A DNA stretch of 64,000 nt from an uncultured Chloroflexia bacterium (lineage in GTDB: Bacteria; Chloroflexota; Anaerolineae; CG2-30-64-16), in the NCBI GenBank assembly GCA_963774265.1, contig CAVZDU010000001.1, forward strand, positions 352,001 through 416,000. Reading direction: 5' to 3'. Below are positions 48,619 to 63,252 of this stretch, one piece after another. The translations under genes and the position numbers were made by a program. The notes under the pieces are model-generated. The model saw only the letters and a list, made by a program, of their open reading frames with translations, made no database searches and was not told the origin of the DNA. Positions within the stretch are counted from its first letter, which is position 1. Every line of letters begins with the position of its first letter.

Positions 48619-49587
48619 ATGATCGACTGGATCGTCATCCTCCAGGCCGGCGTCGCAACCGGCACGGTGTTGCTCTTCGCCAGCATCGGTGAGATTCTGG
48701 CCGAGCGATCTGGCGTGATGAACCTGGGCGTCGAAGGTATGATGCTCATTGGGGCCATGTTCGCGTTCAAAGTTGCGGTCGGCACCGGCAACCCCTGGCT
48801 GGGCTTGCTTGCGGCTATGTTGGCTGCCGGCGCGCTCAGCTTGCTGCATGCAGTCGTCACCATCAGCTTCCAGGCTGACCAGGTGGTCAGCGGTCTGGCC
48901 ACCAACTTTGTTGGCGTTGGTCTCAGCCTGGTTCTCGGCGAAGGCTTGAGTAAGGCGGGCACGACCGCGCTGCTGCCCAACTGGACGGTGCCCGGACTGT
49001 CGGCCATCCCGGTCCTCGGCCCCATCCTCTTCACCAACCACAGCGTACTGGTCTACTTCGGCTATCTGCTAACCCCCGCGGTCTGGTACTACATCAACCG
49101 GACGCGGCCCGGTCTGCACCTCCGCGCGGTGGGCGAGTATCCCTCGGCGGCTGATGCGTTGGGCATCAGCGTCTACGGTCTTCGTTACGCCTACGTATTC
49201 GTTGGGGGTCTGCTGGCCGGATTGGCCGGCGCCACGATCAGCCTGGCCATTTCCCCGGGCTGGTTCAGTGAGCTGACCACGGCCGGCCAGGGCTGGATCG
49301 CGATCGGCCTGGTGATCTTCGCGCAGTGGAATCCGTGGCGGGCGATGGCCGGCGGCTATGTGTTCGGCGCGCTGCGGCGGCTCATCCTGGATTTGCAGGG
49401 GCCGACAACGCTCTTCTGGTTCGCTAATCCGTTCCGCGCACAAAGCCCAGGCTTCTTCCTGCAGATGGTGCCGTACGCGCTGACCATCCTGATCCTGGTG
49501 ATCGGATCGCGCGCCGCGATGAAAAAACGCATGGGCGCACCGGCGGCGTTGGGGCTGCCGTATGTGCGCGGCGAACGCGGAAGGTAG
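48619..49587 (+). CDS. Nucleoside ABC permease 2
   Basis: GEILAERSGVMNLGVEG, ADQVVSG, LRAVGE, GQGWIAIGLVIF, MVPYALT, PAALG. Confidence 0.9.
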   Translation: MIDWIVILQAGVATGTVLLFASIGEILAERSGVMNLGVEGMMLIGAMFAFKVAVGTGNPWLGLLAAMLAAGALSLLHAVVTISFQADQVVSGLATNFVGVGLSLVLGEGLSKAGTTALLPNWTVPGLSAIPVLGPILFTNHSVLVYFGYLLTPAVWYYINRTRPGLHLRAVGEYPSAADALGISVYGLRYAYVFVGGLLAGLAGATISLAISPGWFSELTTAGQGWIAIGLVIFAQWNPWRAMAGGYVFGALRRLILDLQGPTTLFWFANPFRAQSPGFFLQMVPYALTILILVIGSRAAMKKRMGAPAALGLPYVRGERGR

Positions 49588-49590
49588 CGC

Positions 49591-49639
49591 GCGACACCCC
49601 GTGCCGGGTGGTTGCAAAGCGCCCGGCACGGGGTGTCGC
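49591..49639. terminator. 18-bp-stem hairpin between convergent genes
   Basis: GCGACACCCCGTGCCGGG..CCCGGCACGGGGTGTCGC. Confidence 0.75.
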
Positions 49640-49647
49640 AGTAGCGG

Positions 49648-52600
49648 CTATGCACTCTTCCAATAGTCCATCCCCGTCGGACTCCGGCTCGCGCCCAGCT
49701 CGCGCAGCAATGCCTCACCCCGGCTGCCGATGACTGGCCCATCGTTCCACGTGTTCAACACCGCACGCCGCGGCGCGGTCGGCCGGTTCAGATAGGCCTT
49801 CAGGGCTTGGCGCAACACGTCATCACTTACCTCCGCCACGCTCAGGCGGCTGCCATTATCCTCCGCCACCAGCACTGACCGCCCCTGCCAGATAACGACA
49901 TGCGTCGACGCCACCCGCGCAAATCGGAACTCCGCGATTGGGGAGACAACCTGCTCTCCACCCCCGGCTATAGACTCTGCGTTCTCTGTGCTCTCTGTGG
50001 CTAGTGTTCGCAGTTCTCCGCCATACAGGTTCGCCGGGTCCAAAGCGGAAAGCACGACGAGTTCATCGCTCCTTGCGAGCCCGTCCCGCACGGCGCGCAG
50101 TGCCTCCACTGCGTGGGGCAGCGCGTACTGCACGCCCGACAGACCGTTGATGAAGTATCCCCGGCGCACCTCGCCGCGCATCTCCATGCGCCGCAACTGC
50201 TCGGACAGTTCGCCCCAACTCCACGGCGCCTCGCGCGGTGCGCGGAGCTCACGGAACCCATCGGGCGGCTTGTGACCTTCCCACAAGGCCCTTACGGACG
50301 TGGCACCCACTTCCTCGTCGGCCCATGTCCAACGGCTCTCGAACCGCGCGATGATCTCCGGCGTGATGACGCCGTACCGATTCAGTGCGATCTGGGCCAG
50401 GCCCAGGCCCCGCTCATCGCCCCGCAGCGCGGGCCCCATGACTGCAGCCCTGCTCACCAGCGACCAACGGCCGGCCCAGTCCTGTTCCCATTCCGCCTCG
50501 GCATCCAGCCGCTGCCCGACGCTGCGCTTGAGGTCACGGAGGCGCTGTTGCGACAGGCGCGCACCGCCCCGGCCGCGCCCAACGGGTCGGGGCGGGAGGC
50601 GAGACGCCAGGTCCTCCTCGAGTGCGCTCATCGGCCGGGGCGCGCCCGGCTCGCTGCGAACCTGCAAGACGGCCGCCAGCGCGCCGAGGTCCTCGCCGTT
50701 CACGATGCCGGCCAGGGCAAGCTGGCGCAGCGCGTCGCGCAAGACTTCTGTCCCCAGTCTCATACCGCCCTGGATGTCAGCGAAGAAGGAGGGGCCTTCC
50801 GATTTGAGGTAGGCGAACACGTCGCCCGCTGGCCCTGCAGGCAAGGCAGCCGGCAGGTCGGACAGGAAGAGACCGCCCTCGCGGCGTGCGATGAAGCGCA
50901 CATCCGCCCGGCCGCCTTCACTTCCGGCAGCAACCCAGGTGATCTCCCCGCTCTGCACCAGCTGGTCCAGGTCACGCCAACTATTGCGTGCGATGCGGCC
51001 CGGCAGCACCTCACGCTCCCATGCCGTTGCAGGCAGCGCCAGGCCGCGCAGTTGCCGCATACTCTGACCGAGGCCGCGTGCCTCACCCGGCCGCGCGGGG
51101 CCCACTCCTTGCCAGCTCAGGAGAAAAGCCTGGTACGCCGCCAGGGGGACAGGTTGCACTTGGTGGCGGAGCTGGTTGAGCGTGCGGCGGTAGAGTTGTT
51201 CGAATACCTGCCGGTCACAATACTCGAGCGCGGCGCCTTCCACCGTGAAATGGCCCTCAACGATCGTATGGTCGGCGAGGAGTTGGCCTAACGCGGCGTC
51301 TAGCCAGGCTGGATCAAAGGCGTAACGGTTGAGGATGGCTGGCCGCGTGACCGGGCCGGACCAGCGCAGCCAGCGACACAGGATGGACGCCAAGCTAGAG
51401 CTATGCGCGTCCTTCGACTGCGCCACCCCGTGACTCCGCTCAGGAAGCAAGACCGTGTACTCGCCGGCCAACTCAGCCGAAACCCACCGCGGCTCCGCGC
51501 CTCGCGTCGTGGGGATATCCAGGAGGACGATCGTGCCGCGTCCGGCTAACTCGGCCAGCCAGGGTCGCGGGTCGGACGCGCTGCGTGCGGTTACCTCCGC
51601 TTCGGTCAGGTCGCCCAACTCAAGGAGGAGCACAGCCAGTTCCTCCGCAGTGCGTGCCCGGCGTTGATCGGCCGTGTGGCCCGCATTGGCGATAACGGCC
51701 TCTACCGCCTCCGGTCTGAGCGGCAGCCGGCCGGAATCCGAACCTTCAAGCAAATCCTCCACCAACTCTCGCCGCATGGCCAGGGACTGCAGCTGCTGCT
51801 CGGCCTTGGGCGTATCCCACTCGTACATGTAGGTGCTGATGAACTGGTACAGGAGCCCGGCGGCCAGGGGTGAGGGGACGCGCGTCTGTACGGGGATCAC
51901 CTTGACGCGACCTTCTTCAATACCGCCCAGGAGTTCATCAAGGTGGCCCAGGTCCATCACGTCGCGTAGACAATCGCGATAGGTCTCGGCCATCAGGGGG
52001 AATTCGGGCAGGTTACGGACCGTAGCAAGCAGATCACGCGCCTTGAGCCGTTGCAGCCAGAAAGGCGTGCGCTTGTGACCGCGCGAGCGGGGCAGGAGCA
52101 GGGCGCGGGCTGCATTGACGCGGAACCGCGCACCAAACACGGCCGAGTTGGGGAGCTCGCGGAAGATACGCTGGCGGGCCTCGCGTGGCAACATGTCCGC
52201 GACGATCTGGCCGGGAATGGAAAGATCAATACCTGCGAACGCACCTTCTTGTGGCACGCCTGCGGCCAGCGCACCTGCGTCGTCCGCACCCAGCACCGCA
52301 CCGGGAAACCTCAGGAGGATGCCATCATCGCTCACCAGGCTTTCAATCTCGATGCCTGTGCGCTCCTTAAGCGCATCAACCAGGGCCAGTGACCACGCAC
52401 CGTTGATCCGCCCGCCGAAAGGAGAATGGACCACGACGCGCGCTTCGCCGACCGCGTCGAAGAATATCTCGACGATAATCGTATCATCCGAAGAGATCGC
52501 GCCGAGCGCTTCGATCTGGCGGCTGACGTAGTCGAGAAGGGCGCGCGCCGAGTTGAGGTCCAGGCTGAACTCAGAGCGCAGCCACCTGATGATCCCTTCC

Positions 52601-54537
52601 CGGTCATCTCCTCGCAGCCGGATCTCCTCCGCGACTGCGCGGCGCAACCGGCCGATGCGCACCCCTAGATCATACGACCGCCAGGGATAGTCGCCCTTCC
52701 AGAAAGGCATCCGCGGCAAGTGGCCGGCTGCGTCATCCACGATCACCCGGTCGTCCTCCAACGCCTGCACCCGCCATACGCTGGAGCCCAGCATGAACAC
52801 GTCGCCGGGGCGCGTCTCGAAGATGAACTCCTCGTCCAACGTGCCAACCTTCGTCTTGCCGTCCGCCAGGTACACATCGTATGCCCCGGTGTCGGGAATC
52901 GTGCCGGCGTTCGAGAGAGCCAGGAGCCGCGTGCCGGGCAAAGGGGCCAGGCGGTCGTTCATCCGATCCCAGGCGATGCGCGCCCGCAACGAGGCGTGCC
53001 CTGGCCCGCCGAAGGCCTGGAACCGGCCGGACACCATGAACAGCACCGACTCCCACGCGCCACGTGAAAGATCACGGTAGGGATAGGCGCGACGGACCAG
53101 GTTGTAGAGCGCATCGCCGTCCCACTCGTCTACGCCGACTGCAGCGATAACCTGCTGCGCAAGCACATCGAGCGCGTTCGCGGGGGCTGTCGTTGGCTCT
53201 ACCGCACCGTCGAGCATCCCACGCACCACGGCCGCGGCCTCCACCAGATCCTCCCGGTGCGTCGCGTAGATGCGGCCTTTGCTCGTCTGGCCGACCAGGT
53301 GACCTGAGCGCCCCACGCGCTGCAAACCTTGGGCGACACTGCGTGGAGCCTGAAGCTGCACCACCAGGTCGACGGAGCCGATGTCGATTCCCAACTCCAG
53401 CGTGCCAGTAGAGACCAGCGCAGGGAGCTTGCCCGCCTTCAGCGCCTCTTCCATCGCGCGGCGTGACTCTTTGGATGTGCTGCCGTGGTGCGCCTTGATT
53501 GGTCCTTCCGCGCCGATGGCGAAAATGCCTTTGTCGCGCATGACGCCGCCAGGCGCAAGGGCCTCGGTTGAGCCGGGTGCGATCTCCTCAGATCGCTCGG
53601 CTTCGATCTGCGCGTTGAGGCGGTCCGCGGTGCGTTCTGCCAGGCGGCGGTTGTTAACAAAGATCAGGGTGGTGCGATGGCGCATCACATCGCCGAGCAC
53701 TTGCGGGATGACCGACGGCCAAATGGATCCGCCGGGAAGGTCGCGGAAGTCCTCGACGGGCATCACCACTTCGAGGTCGAGGGCTTTCTTATAGCCCGTA
53801 TCCACGATGGCGACCGGACGCGCGGTGAATCGAGCGTGTGGAGCGTCCTCAACTTGTCCTCCCAGGAAGCGTGCGGCCTCTTCAAGCGGCCGAATCGTGG
53901 CCGAGAGGCCGATCCGCTGCAGCGGGCGACCTACGAGGTGCTCCAGCCGTTCGAGGCTGAGGGTCAAATGGACGCCGCGCTTCTCACCGACGAGGGTATG
54001 GATTTCGTCGACAATGACGCTGCGGACCGTGCGCAACATGTCCCGGCCTCGCGGGCTGGTAAGGATGAGGTAGAGCGACTCGGGCGTAGTGATGAGGATG
54101 TGGGGCGGCTGCTTGACCATCGCCGCGCGCACGTGGCTTGGGGTATCGCCCGTCCGCACCGCGACGCGCAGTGGAGGAAGAGGCTGATCGAGCCGGCCGG
54201 CTTCCGCGCGGATGCCAGCCAAAGGCCCACGAAGGTTGCGCTCAATGTCGTTGTTCAGCGCCTTGAGGGGCGAAATGTAGAGCAGGCGCACGCCGTGCGC
54301 GGCACTCGATGCCAGCTCGCGGTAGATATCGTCAATACCCCAGAGGAAGGCCGCCAGGGTCTTGCCAGAGCCAGTGGGTGCGAGGATGAGGGTGTTGTCG
54401 CCGCGCGCGATGGCCGGCCAACCCTCGGCCTGTGGCGGTGTAGGCTCGCCGAGGTTGGCCTCGAACCAGCGCCGTACCGGTAAGGAAAAACGCGCGATGG
54501 CGCTATATGCATTGCCAGGAGTAGATATGCCGCTCAT
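49648..54537 (-). CDS. lhr: Lhr DEAD/DEAH-box helicase, full length with C-terminal winged-helix/glycosylase-like region
   Basis: APTGSGKT, SPLKAL, TTPESL, VDEIH, GLSAT, HHGS, LELGID, QRVGRSGH, GTIPD, PFWKG, DPANLYG. Confidence 0.92.
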   Translation of the reverse strand: MSGISTPGNAYSAIARFSLPVRRWFEANLGEPTPPQAEGWPAIARGDNTLILAPTGSGKTLAAFLWGIDDIYRELASSAAHGVRLLYISPLKALNNDIERNLRGPLAGIRAEAGRLDQPLPPLRVAVRTGDTPSHVRAAMVKQPPHILITTPESLYLILTSPRGRDMLRTVRSVIVDEIHTLVGEKRGVHLTLSLERLEHLVGRPLQRIGLSATIRPLEEAARFLGGQVEDAPHARFTARPVAIVDTGYKKALDLEVVMPVEDFRDLPGGSIWPSVIPQVLGDVMRHRTTLIFVNNRRLAERTADRLNAQIEAERSEEIAPGSTEALAPGGVMRDKGIFAIGAEGPIKAHHGSTSKESRRAMEEALKAGKLPALVSTGTLELGIDIGSVDLVVQLQAPRSVAQGLQRVGRSGHLVGQTSKGRIYATHREDLVEAAAVVRGMLDGAVEPTTAPANALDVLAQQVIAAVGVDEWDGDALYNLVRRAYPYRDLSRGAWESVLFMVSGRFQAFGGPGHASLRARIAWDRMNDRLAPLPGTRLLALSNAGTIPDTGAYDVYLADGKTKVGTLDEEFIFETRPGDVFMLGSSVWRVQALEDDRVIVDDAAGHLPRMPFWKGDYPWRSYDLGVRIGRLRRAVAEEIRLRGDDREGIIRWLRSEFSLDLNSARALLDYVSRQIEALGAISSDDTIIVEIFFDAVGEARVVVHSPFGGRINGAWSLALVDALKERTGIEIESLVSDDGILLRFPGAVLGADDAGALAAGVPQEGAFAGIDLSIPGQIVADMLPREARQRIFRELPNSAVFGARFRVNAARALLLPRSRGHKRTPFWLQRLKARDLLATVRNLPEFPLMAETYRDCLRDVMDLGHLDELLGGIEEGRVKVIPVQTRVPSPLAAGLLYQFISTYMYEWDTPKAEQQLQSLAMRRELVEDLLEGSDSGRLPLRPEAVEAVIANAGHTADQRRARTAEELAVLLLELGDLTEAEVTARSASDPRPWLAELAGRGTIVLLDIPTTRGAEPRWVSAELAGEYTVLLPERSHGVAQSKDAHSSSLASILCRWLRWSGPVTRPAILNRYAFDPAWLDAALGQLLADHTIVEGHFTVEGAALEYCDRQVFEQLYRRTLNQLRHQVQPVPLAAYQAFLLSWQGVGPARPGEARGLGQSMRQLRGLALPATAWEREVLPGRIARNSWRDLDQLVQSGEITWVAAGSEGGRADVRFIARREGGLFLSDLPAALPAGPAGDVFAYLKSEGPSFFADIQGGMRLGTEVLRDALRQLALAGIVNGEDLGALAAVLQVRSEPGAPRPMSALEEDLASRLPPRPVGRGRGGARLSQQRLRDLKRSVGQRLDAEAEWEQDWAGRWSLVSRAAVMGPALRGDERGLGLAQIALNRYGVITPEIIARFESRWTWADEEVGATSVRALWEGHKPPDGFRELRAPREAPWSWGELSEQLRRMEMRGEVRRGYFINGLSGVQYALPHAVEALRAVRDGLARSDELVVLSALDPANLYGGELRTLATESTENAESIAGGGEQVVSPIAEFRFARVASTHVVIWQGRSVLVAEDNGSRLSVAEVSDDVLRQALKAYLNRPTAPRRAVLNTWNDGPVIGSRGEALLRELGASRSPTGMDYWKSA

Positions 54538-54662
54538 GTTTCCCCCCAAAGGAGATTGAATCATCAGGAGAGAGGTTTGTCAACGACACAGGCGCTGTAA
54601 TGTGCTTACAACCCGCCGCTTCATGCGCAGACCGCACGGCGCTGTGACACTCCTCCAAAAAC

Positions 54663-54684
54663 CGTGTGACATGACGCGTGTCAT
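54663..54684. promoter_or_regulatory. 22-bp motif CGTGTGACATGACGCGTGTCAT (copy 2)
   Basis: Near-identical to 44434-44455. Lies in the lhr/PFOR divergent spacer. Confidence 0.55.
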
Positions 54685-54790
54685 ACCCTCGCCCCGCACT
54701 AAGTGCTATCTTTATTCTGTTGAAAAACAACTCTCATGTCAGCACATGACTCCACCAGATGGGGTCTGTTTTGTCGCGCAGTTTGGATAA

Positions 54791-58437
<3,647 letters not shown>

Positions 58438-58510
58438 GCAGCGATGAGCTTCGGACGAGGAGACGATCGTCCAGTACCAGTCCCGATCACCGTCACACGC
58501 AAGGAATACC

Positions 58511-59512
58511 ATGACAGATCTCACCACGACCTACATGGGCCTGACCCTGAAGAATCCCATCGTGCCGTCGGCGTCGCCGCTGTCGAAGCGCCTCGACGGC
58601 ATCAACGCCAGATGGAAGATGCCGGCGCGGCGGCCATCACGATGTACTCGCTGTTCGAGGAGCAGATCGACATCGAGGCGCTGGCTCAGCATCACTTCAT
58701 CGAGCAAGACGACCTTCATGTCGGCCGAGGCGACGGCCTACTTCCCGAAGGCCAGCCGACTACAACCGCGGCCCGGACGGCTACCTCGAGCTGATCCGCC
58801 AGGCCAAGGCGGCCGTGAATGTCCCGGTCATCGGCAGCCTGAACGGCGTCACCCCCGGCGGCTGGACGCGCTATGCCAAGCTGATCGAGGAAGCCGGCGC
58901 CGATGCGCTGGAGCTGAACGTCTACCTGATCCCCACGCGCACTCGATCTGTCAAGCGACGGCGTGGAGAACACCTACCTCGAGATCCTGCGCGAGGTCAA
59001 GGCCCAGGTGAAGATCCCGGTGGCGATGAAGCTCAGCCCGTTCTTCAGCGCGATGCCCAACATGGCCCACCGGCTGGATCGCGCCGGCGCCGACGGCGCT
59101 GGTGCTGTTCAACCGCTTCTACCAGCCCGACTTCGACCTGGAGGAGCTGACCGTCACGCCGCACCTGGTGCTGAGCACACCGTGGGAGATGCGGCTGCCG
59201 TTGCGCTGGATCGCCATCCTCTACGGCCACGTCAATGCATCGCTGGCGCTCACCACCGGCATCCACACGCGCGGAAGACGTGGTGAAAGCCATCATGGCC
59301 GGCGCCGACATCGCCAACGTCGCCTCGGTGCTGCTGGAGCAAGGCGCCGGGCCAGATCAGCGACCTGATCGGCGGCGTGCAGCCAATGGATGGAGGAGCA
59401 CGAGTACGAGTCCGTGAGCCAGATGAAGGGCGCGCTGAGCCAGCGCAACGTGGCCGAGCCGGCCGCCTTCGAGCGGGCGAACTACATGAAGGTGTTGGGT
59501 AGCTGGCACTAA
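58511..59512 (+). CDS. Dihydroorotate dehydrogenase-like FMN protein (PFOR-associated), frameshifted
   Basis: [74 protein letters not shown]. Confidence 0.85.
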
Positions 59513-59571
59513 GCCAGGCTATCTGCCCCATAAAACCAGGTCTTCGCCTGCGCGGGGATCTGGGTCCCTTC

Positions 59572-59618
59572 GCACGGCCTCCCGAAGCCTCATGCCAGCA
59601 GGTTTGGGGAGGCCGTGC
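59572..59618 (+). terminator. Hairpin after the DHOD-like gene
   Basis: GCACGGCCTCCC..GGGGAGGCCGTGC. Confidence 0.55.
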
Positions 59619-59666
59619 AACCGCATCACTTCCTTAAATTTTGCAGCTCGGTGATATTTTGGGTTC

Positions 59667-59721
59667 TTGACAGCTTGTGAATTTTCTGATAATCTAGTCC
59701 TCAGACCTCAGACGTCTGAGG
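59667..59721 (+). promoter_or_regulatory. Promoter and palindromic operator of the second nucleoside ABC operon
   Basis: TTGACA (59667), 17-bp spacer, TAATCT. Perfect palindrome CCTCAGACGTCTGAGG (59706-59721) preceded by an extra CCTCAGA half-site. Confidence 0.6.
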
Positions 59722-59821
59722 ATGCTGGTTCCCCGTCCAATGCGCAATGATTGCAGCTTGGAGCGAATCATTCATGCCGACTCACAATCCAGATCACGCC
59801 TTCCCCCAGTTCGCTGGCCGC

Positions 59822-59857
59822 GCGCACGGTGCGCACGGTGCGTACGGTGCGTACGGG
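59822..59857 (+). repeat. Four tandem 9-bp repeats (GCGYACGGT)
   Basis: GCGCACGGT GCGCACGGT GCGTACGGT GCGTACGGG. Confidence 0.8.
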
Positions 59858-59957
59858 CGGACCTGCATGTCCGCCCTCGTGTCCGCCTTCTCGTCCGCCT
59901 GTTTCGCCGCCAGCTACGTGTCCACTCGACCATCGCACCGATCCTCGGAGGTAGTCC

Positions 59958-61127
59958 ATGCCGCCAGATACGGCCACTAAGTCTCTGCCTTCGGCCCGCA
60001 AGCCGCCTGTTGACTGGGTGGGGCTGCTGCTCAGAGCAGCAGCGCCTGTCTTGGCCATCCTCGTCGCCCTCCTCGTGGGAGCAATCGTGCTTCTCCTCTT
60101 GGGCGCCAATCCGCTCACTGCATACGCCGCCATGGTCAAAGGCGTCTTCGGCAGCACGTACGGTTTCACGCAATCGCTGGTTAAGGCGACGCCCCTGCTG
60201 TTGGTCGGTCTGGGCATCTGCATCGCCTTCCGCGCCAGCGTGCATCAACATCGGCGGCGAAGGCCAGATCATCGCGGGCGCGTTGATGACCACCTGGTTC
60301 TCGCTGCAGTTTCGCACCTGGCCCGGCTGGCTGCTGATCCCAGCCACCATGATCATGGGGTTCCTGGCCGGGGCGTTTTGGGGGTTCATCCCCGGCATCC
60401 TGAAGGCCCGGCTCAACGTCAACGAAATCCTGAGCACGGTCATGATGAACGCCATCGGCTTACAGCTCATGAACCTCCTGCTCCGCGGTCCCCTGATTGA
60501 CCCCGCGGGCGTCACCGCGGGGACGTTTCTGCATCAGTCCGAACGCCTGCCCGAACAGGTATGGCTGGGCCGGCTGTGCCGCAGACCCAATTGCACACCG
60601 GGGCCGCCATTGCGGTGGTGCTGGCGGTGCTGGTCTACATCTTCCTGTGGCGCACTACCATCGGCTATCGGATCCGCGCCGTGGGCCTGAGCCCGGAGGC
60701 CTCCAGATACGCGGGCATCCGCGTGCCGTTCTACCAGGCCTTGTCGCTGACGCTGGCCGGTGGGTTCGCCGGGCTGGCCGGAGTGGTCGAGGTCATCGGC
60801 GTGCAGCACCGCCTGCTGGAAGGCATCACCAGCGGCTATGGCTTCTCAGGCATCGTGGCCGCGCTGTTCGGCGGCCTGCACCCGCTCGGCCTGATTCCAG
60901 CGTCGTGGCTGTTCGGCAGCCTGTTGGTGGGCGCTGACATGATGCAGCGGGCCGTCCAGGTGCCTTCGGCGCTAATCGATGCGTTGCTGGGCCTGATCGT
61001 GCTGTTGGTAATCGGCTCGCAGATGTGGTCGCACCGCATGGCTACGCGCCGAACGATCGCTTTGGCGAAGAAAGCAGAGCTTGTAGGGCGACCGCAGGTC
61101 GCCCCCGGAACGGAGGCCAAGGCATGA
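59958..61127 (+). CDS. Nucleoside ABC permease 1 (second system), frameshifted
   Basis: KATPLLL, NIGGEGQ, NEILSTVM, SGYGFSGIVAALFG across three frames. Confidence 0.85.
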
Positions 61128-62059
61128 ACGAGATCACGACAACCGCGATCGTTATCGGTATCCTCACCTCGGCCGTCCGCCTGGCGACACCGTATCTGTA
61201 TGCGAGCCATCGGCGAGGCGATCTCGGAGCTCTCCGGCGTGGTCAACCTGGGCGTGGACGGCATCATGCTGATGGGCGCGTACGGGGCCTTCTTCGTGGC
61301 CTTGAACACGGGCAATCTGTGGCTGGGCCTGCTGGCCGGCGCTGCTCGTCGGCGTGTTGATGGGCCTGCTCATGGCATTCATCAGCGTCACCCTGAAGGC
61401 CGAACAAGGCATCAGCGGCATCGGCCTGTACATGTTCGGGTTGGGCCTCTCCAGCCTGCTGTTCAAGACCACCATCGGCACGGTCAAGACCATCGTAGGA
61501 TTCCAGCCGGTCAAGATTCCGCTGCTCGGCGACATCCCATTCATCGGCGAGATCCTTTTCAACCAGAGCCTGCCGGTCTACGGCGCGTTCCTGCTGGTAC
61601 CGCTGGCCTGGTTCATCCTGGACAAGACGACCTGGGGATTGCAGCTAAAGGCCGTCGGGCAGACCCCGGCCGCGGCTGACTCGCTGGGTGTGAACGTCGA
61701 TCGGGTGCGCTACATCGCGACCTGCGTGGGCTCGATGCTGGCCGGGCTGGCCGGCGCGTCGCTGTCGCTGGCGTTGGTCAACCTGTTCCAGGAGAACCTG
61801 ACCGCAGGCCTGGGCTTCATCGCGGTGGCGCTGGTCTATTTTGGCGGCTGGCGGCCGCTGGGCATCATGCTCGGTGCGCTGCTCTTCAGCACGGTCAACG
61901 CGTTCCAGTTGTGGATGCAGGTGCTGGGGGTCCCCATTCCGTCCGATGTGGCGGTGATGTTGCCCTACCTGCTTGACGATCGTGGCGCTGGCCTTCACAG
62001 TGAACCGCGTGCGAGGGCCGGCAGCACTCAACAAGCCCTTCGAACGCGGGGCGCACTAG
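61124..62059 (+). CDS. Nucleoside ABC permease 2 (second system), frameshifted
   Basis: RLATPYL, SELSGVVNLGVDG, LKAVGQ, GLGFIAVALVYFG, MLPY, PAALNKPF. Confidence 0.85.
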
Positions 62060-62168
62060 GGAATCGAAGATGAAAGATTGAAGATTGAGGGTTGAAGTTC
62101 TGCGTTCCTCAACCTGTGATCTTCAATCTGCAATCGAAAATCGGAAATCGGAAAAAGGAGAAGGTAGT

Positions 62169-63191
62169 ATGAAAACCCGCACGTTGTTCGTTCTTGTCAT
62201 GGTGATCGCTCTCGGCATGGTTGCCGCTGCTGGCCGGATGTGGCGGCGGCGCGGCCACCACCGGCGGCAGCACTGCCGCCAAACCGCTGCGCGTCGCCGT
62301 GGTGATGCCCAGCGCCACCACCGATATGGCGTTCAGCCAGTCCATGTTCGCACGCACTCAAGACCGTCCAGGCTGAGATGGGCGGCGAGGCGAAGATGGA
62401 GATCAAGTACTCGGAGAACATGTTCAAGGTGCCGGATGCCGCGGCCGCGCTCCGTGACTACGCCAGCCAGGGCTTCGACATCGTCATCGCCCACGGCTCG
62501 CAGTACGGCACTTCGGTCCAGGAAGTCGCCAAGGACTTCCCCAAGATGACCTTCGCCTGGGGCACCGACGTCAACACCTTCGGGATGCCGAACGTCTATG
62601 CCTACACGCCGCCGCCGAAGCAGGGTGGCTACGTCAACGGCGTGATGGCAGCGATGCTCTCCAAGAGCAAGGTGATCGGCGTGACCGGCCCGGTGGAAGT
62701 CGGGCGATGCCAAGACCTACATCGACGGCTTTGTCCAGGGCGTGGCGTCGGTCGATCCGACCATCAAGGTCTCCAAGACCTGGACCGGCTCCTTCTCGGA
62801 CGTGGCGCTGATGACCGAGGCGGCCAAGACGCACATCGCCGCCGGCGCGGACGTGTTGACCGGCTCCTCGCAGTCCGTGGTCGGCTCCATCAATGCGGCC
62901 AAGGAGAAGGGCACCGTGCTGTGGTTCGGCACGCAGCAGGACCAGGCCATCCCTGGCCCCGCAGAACGTCGTCGCCAGCCAGCAGTACGACTGGACCGGC
63001 ATCCTGAAGCAGATGATCGAGAACCGCAAGAACGGCAAACTGGGCGGTGAGACCTTCACCCTGGAGCTCAAGAATGACGGCTTGAAGATCGTCTACAACT
63101 CTGGCTATCAGCTGCCCGGACAATGTCAAGAAAGCCGCCGATGCGGCGATCGACGGCATCAAGGGCGGCACGCATCAAGGTCAACCCGTAA
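62169..63191 (+). CDS. BMP-family substrate-binding lipoprotein (second system), frameshifted
   Basis: Signal peptide, VAVVMPS..DMAFSQSM, YASQGFDIVIAHGSQYG, GYVNGVMA, WTGSFSD, YDW. Confidence 0.8.
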
Positions 63192-63198
63192 CAATGAA

Positions 63199-63252
63199 TG
63201 AAAGGAAGAAGGAAGAAGGAAGCAGGATCTTCCTATCTTCCTTCTTCCTTCA
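63199..63252. repeat. Palindrome built from 7-bp repeats (AAGGAAG)n..(CTTCCTT)n
   Basis: AAGGAAG x3, short loop, then CTTCCT(A)T CTTCCTT CTTCCTT. Confidence 0.7.

Noticed and set aside
54596-54610. TGTAA-N5-TTACA palindrome upstream of lhr as a GlnR/TnrA or LexA site
   Set aside because: The spacing does not fit TGTNA-N7-TNACA or GAAC-N4-GTTC, and it is a single short occurrence.
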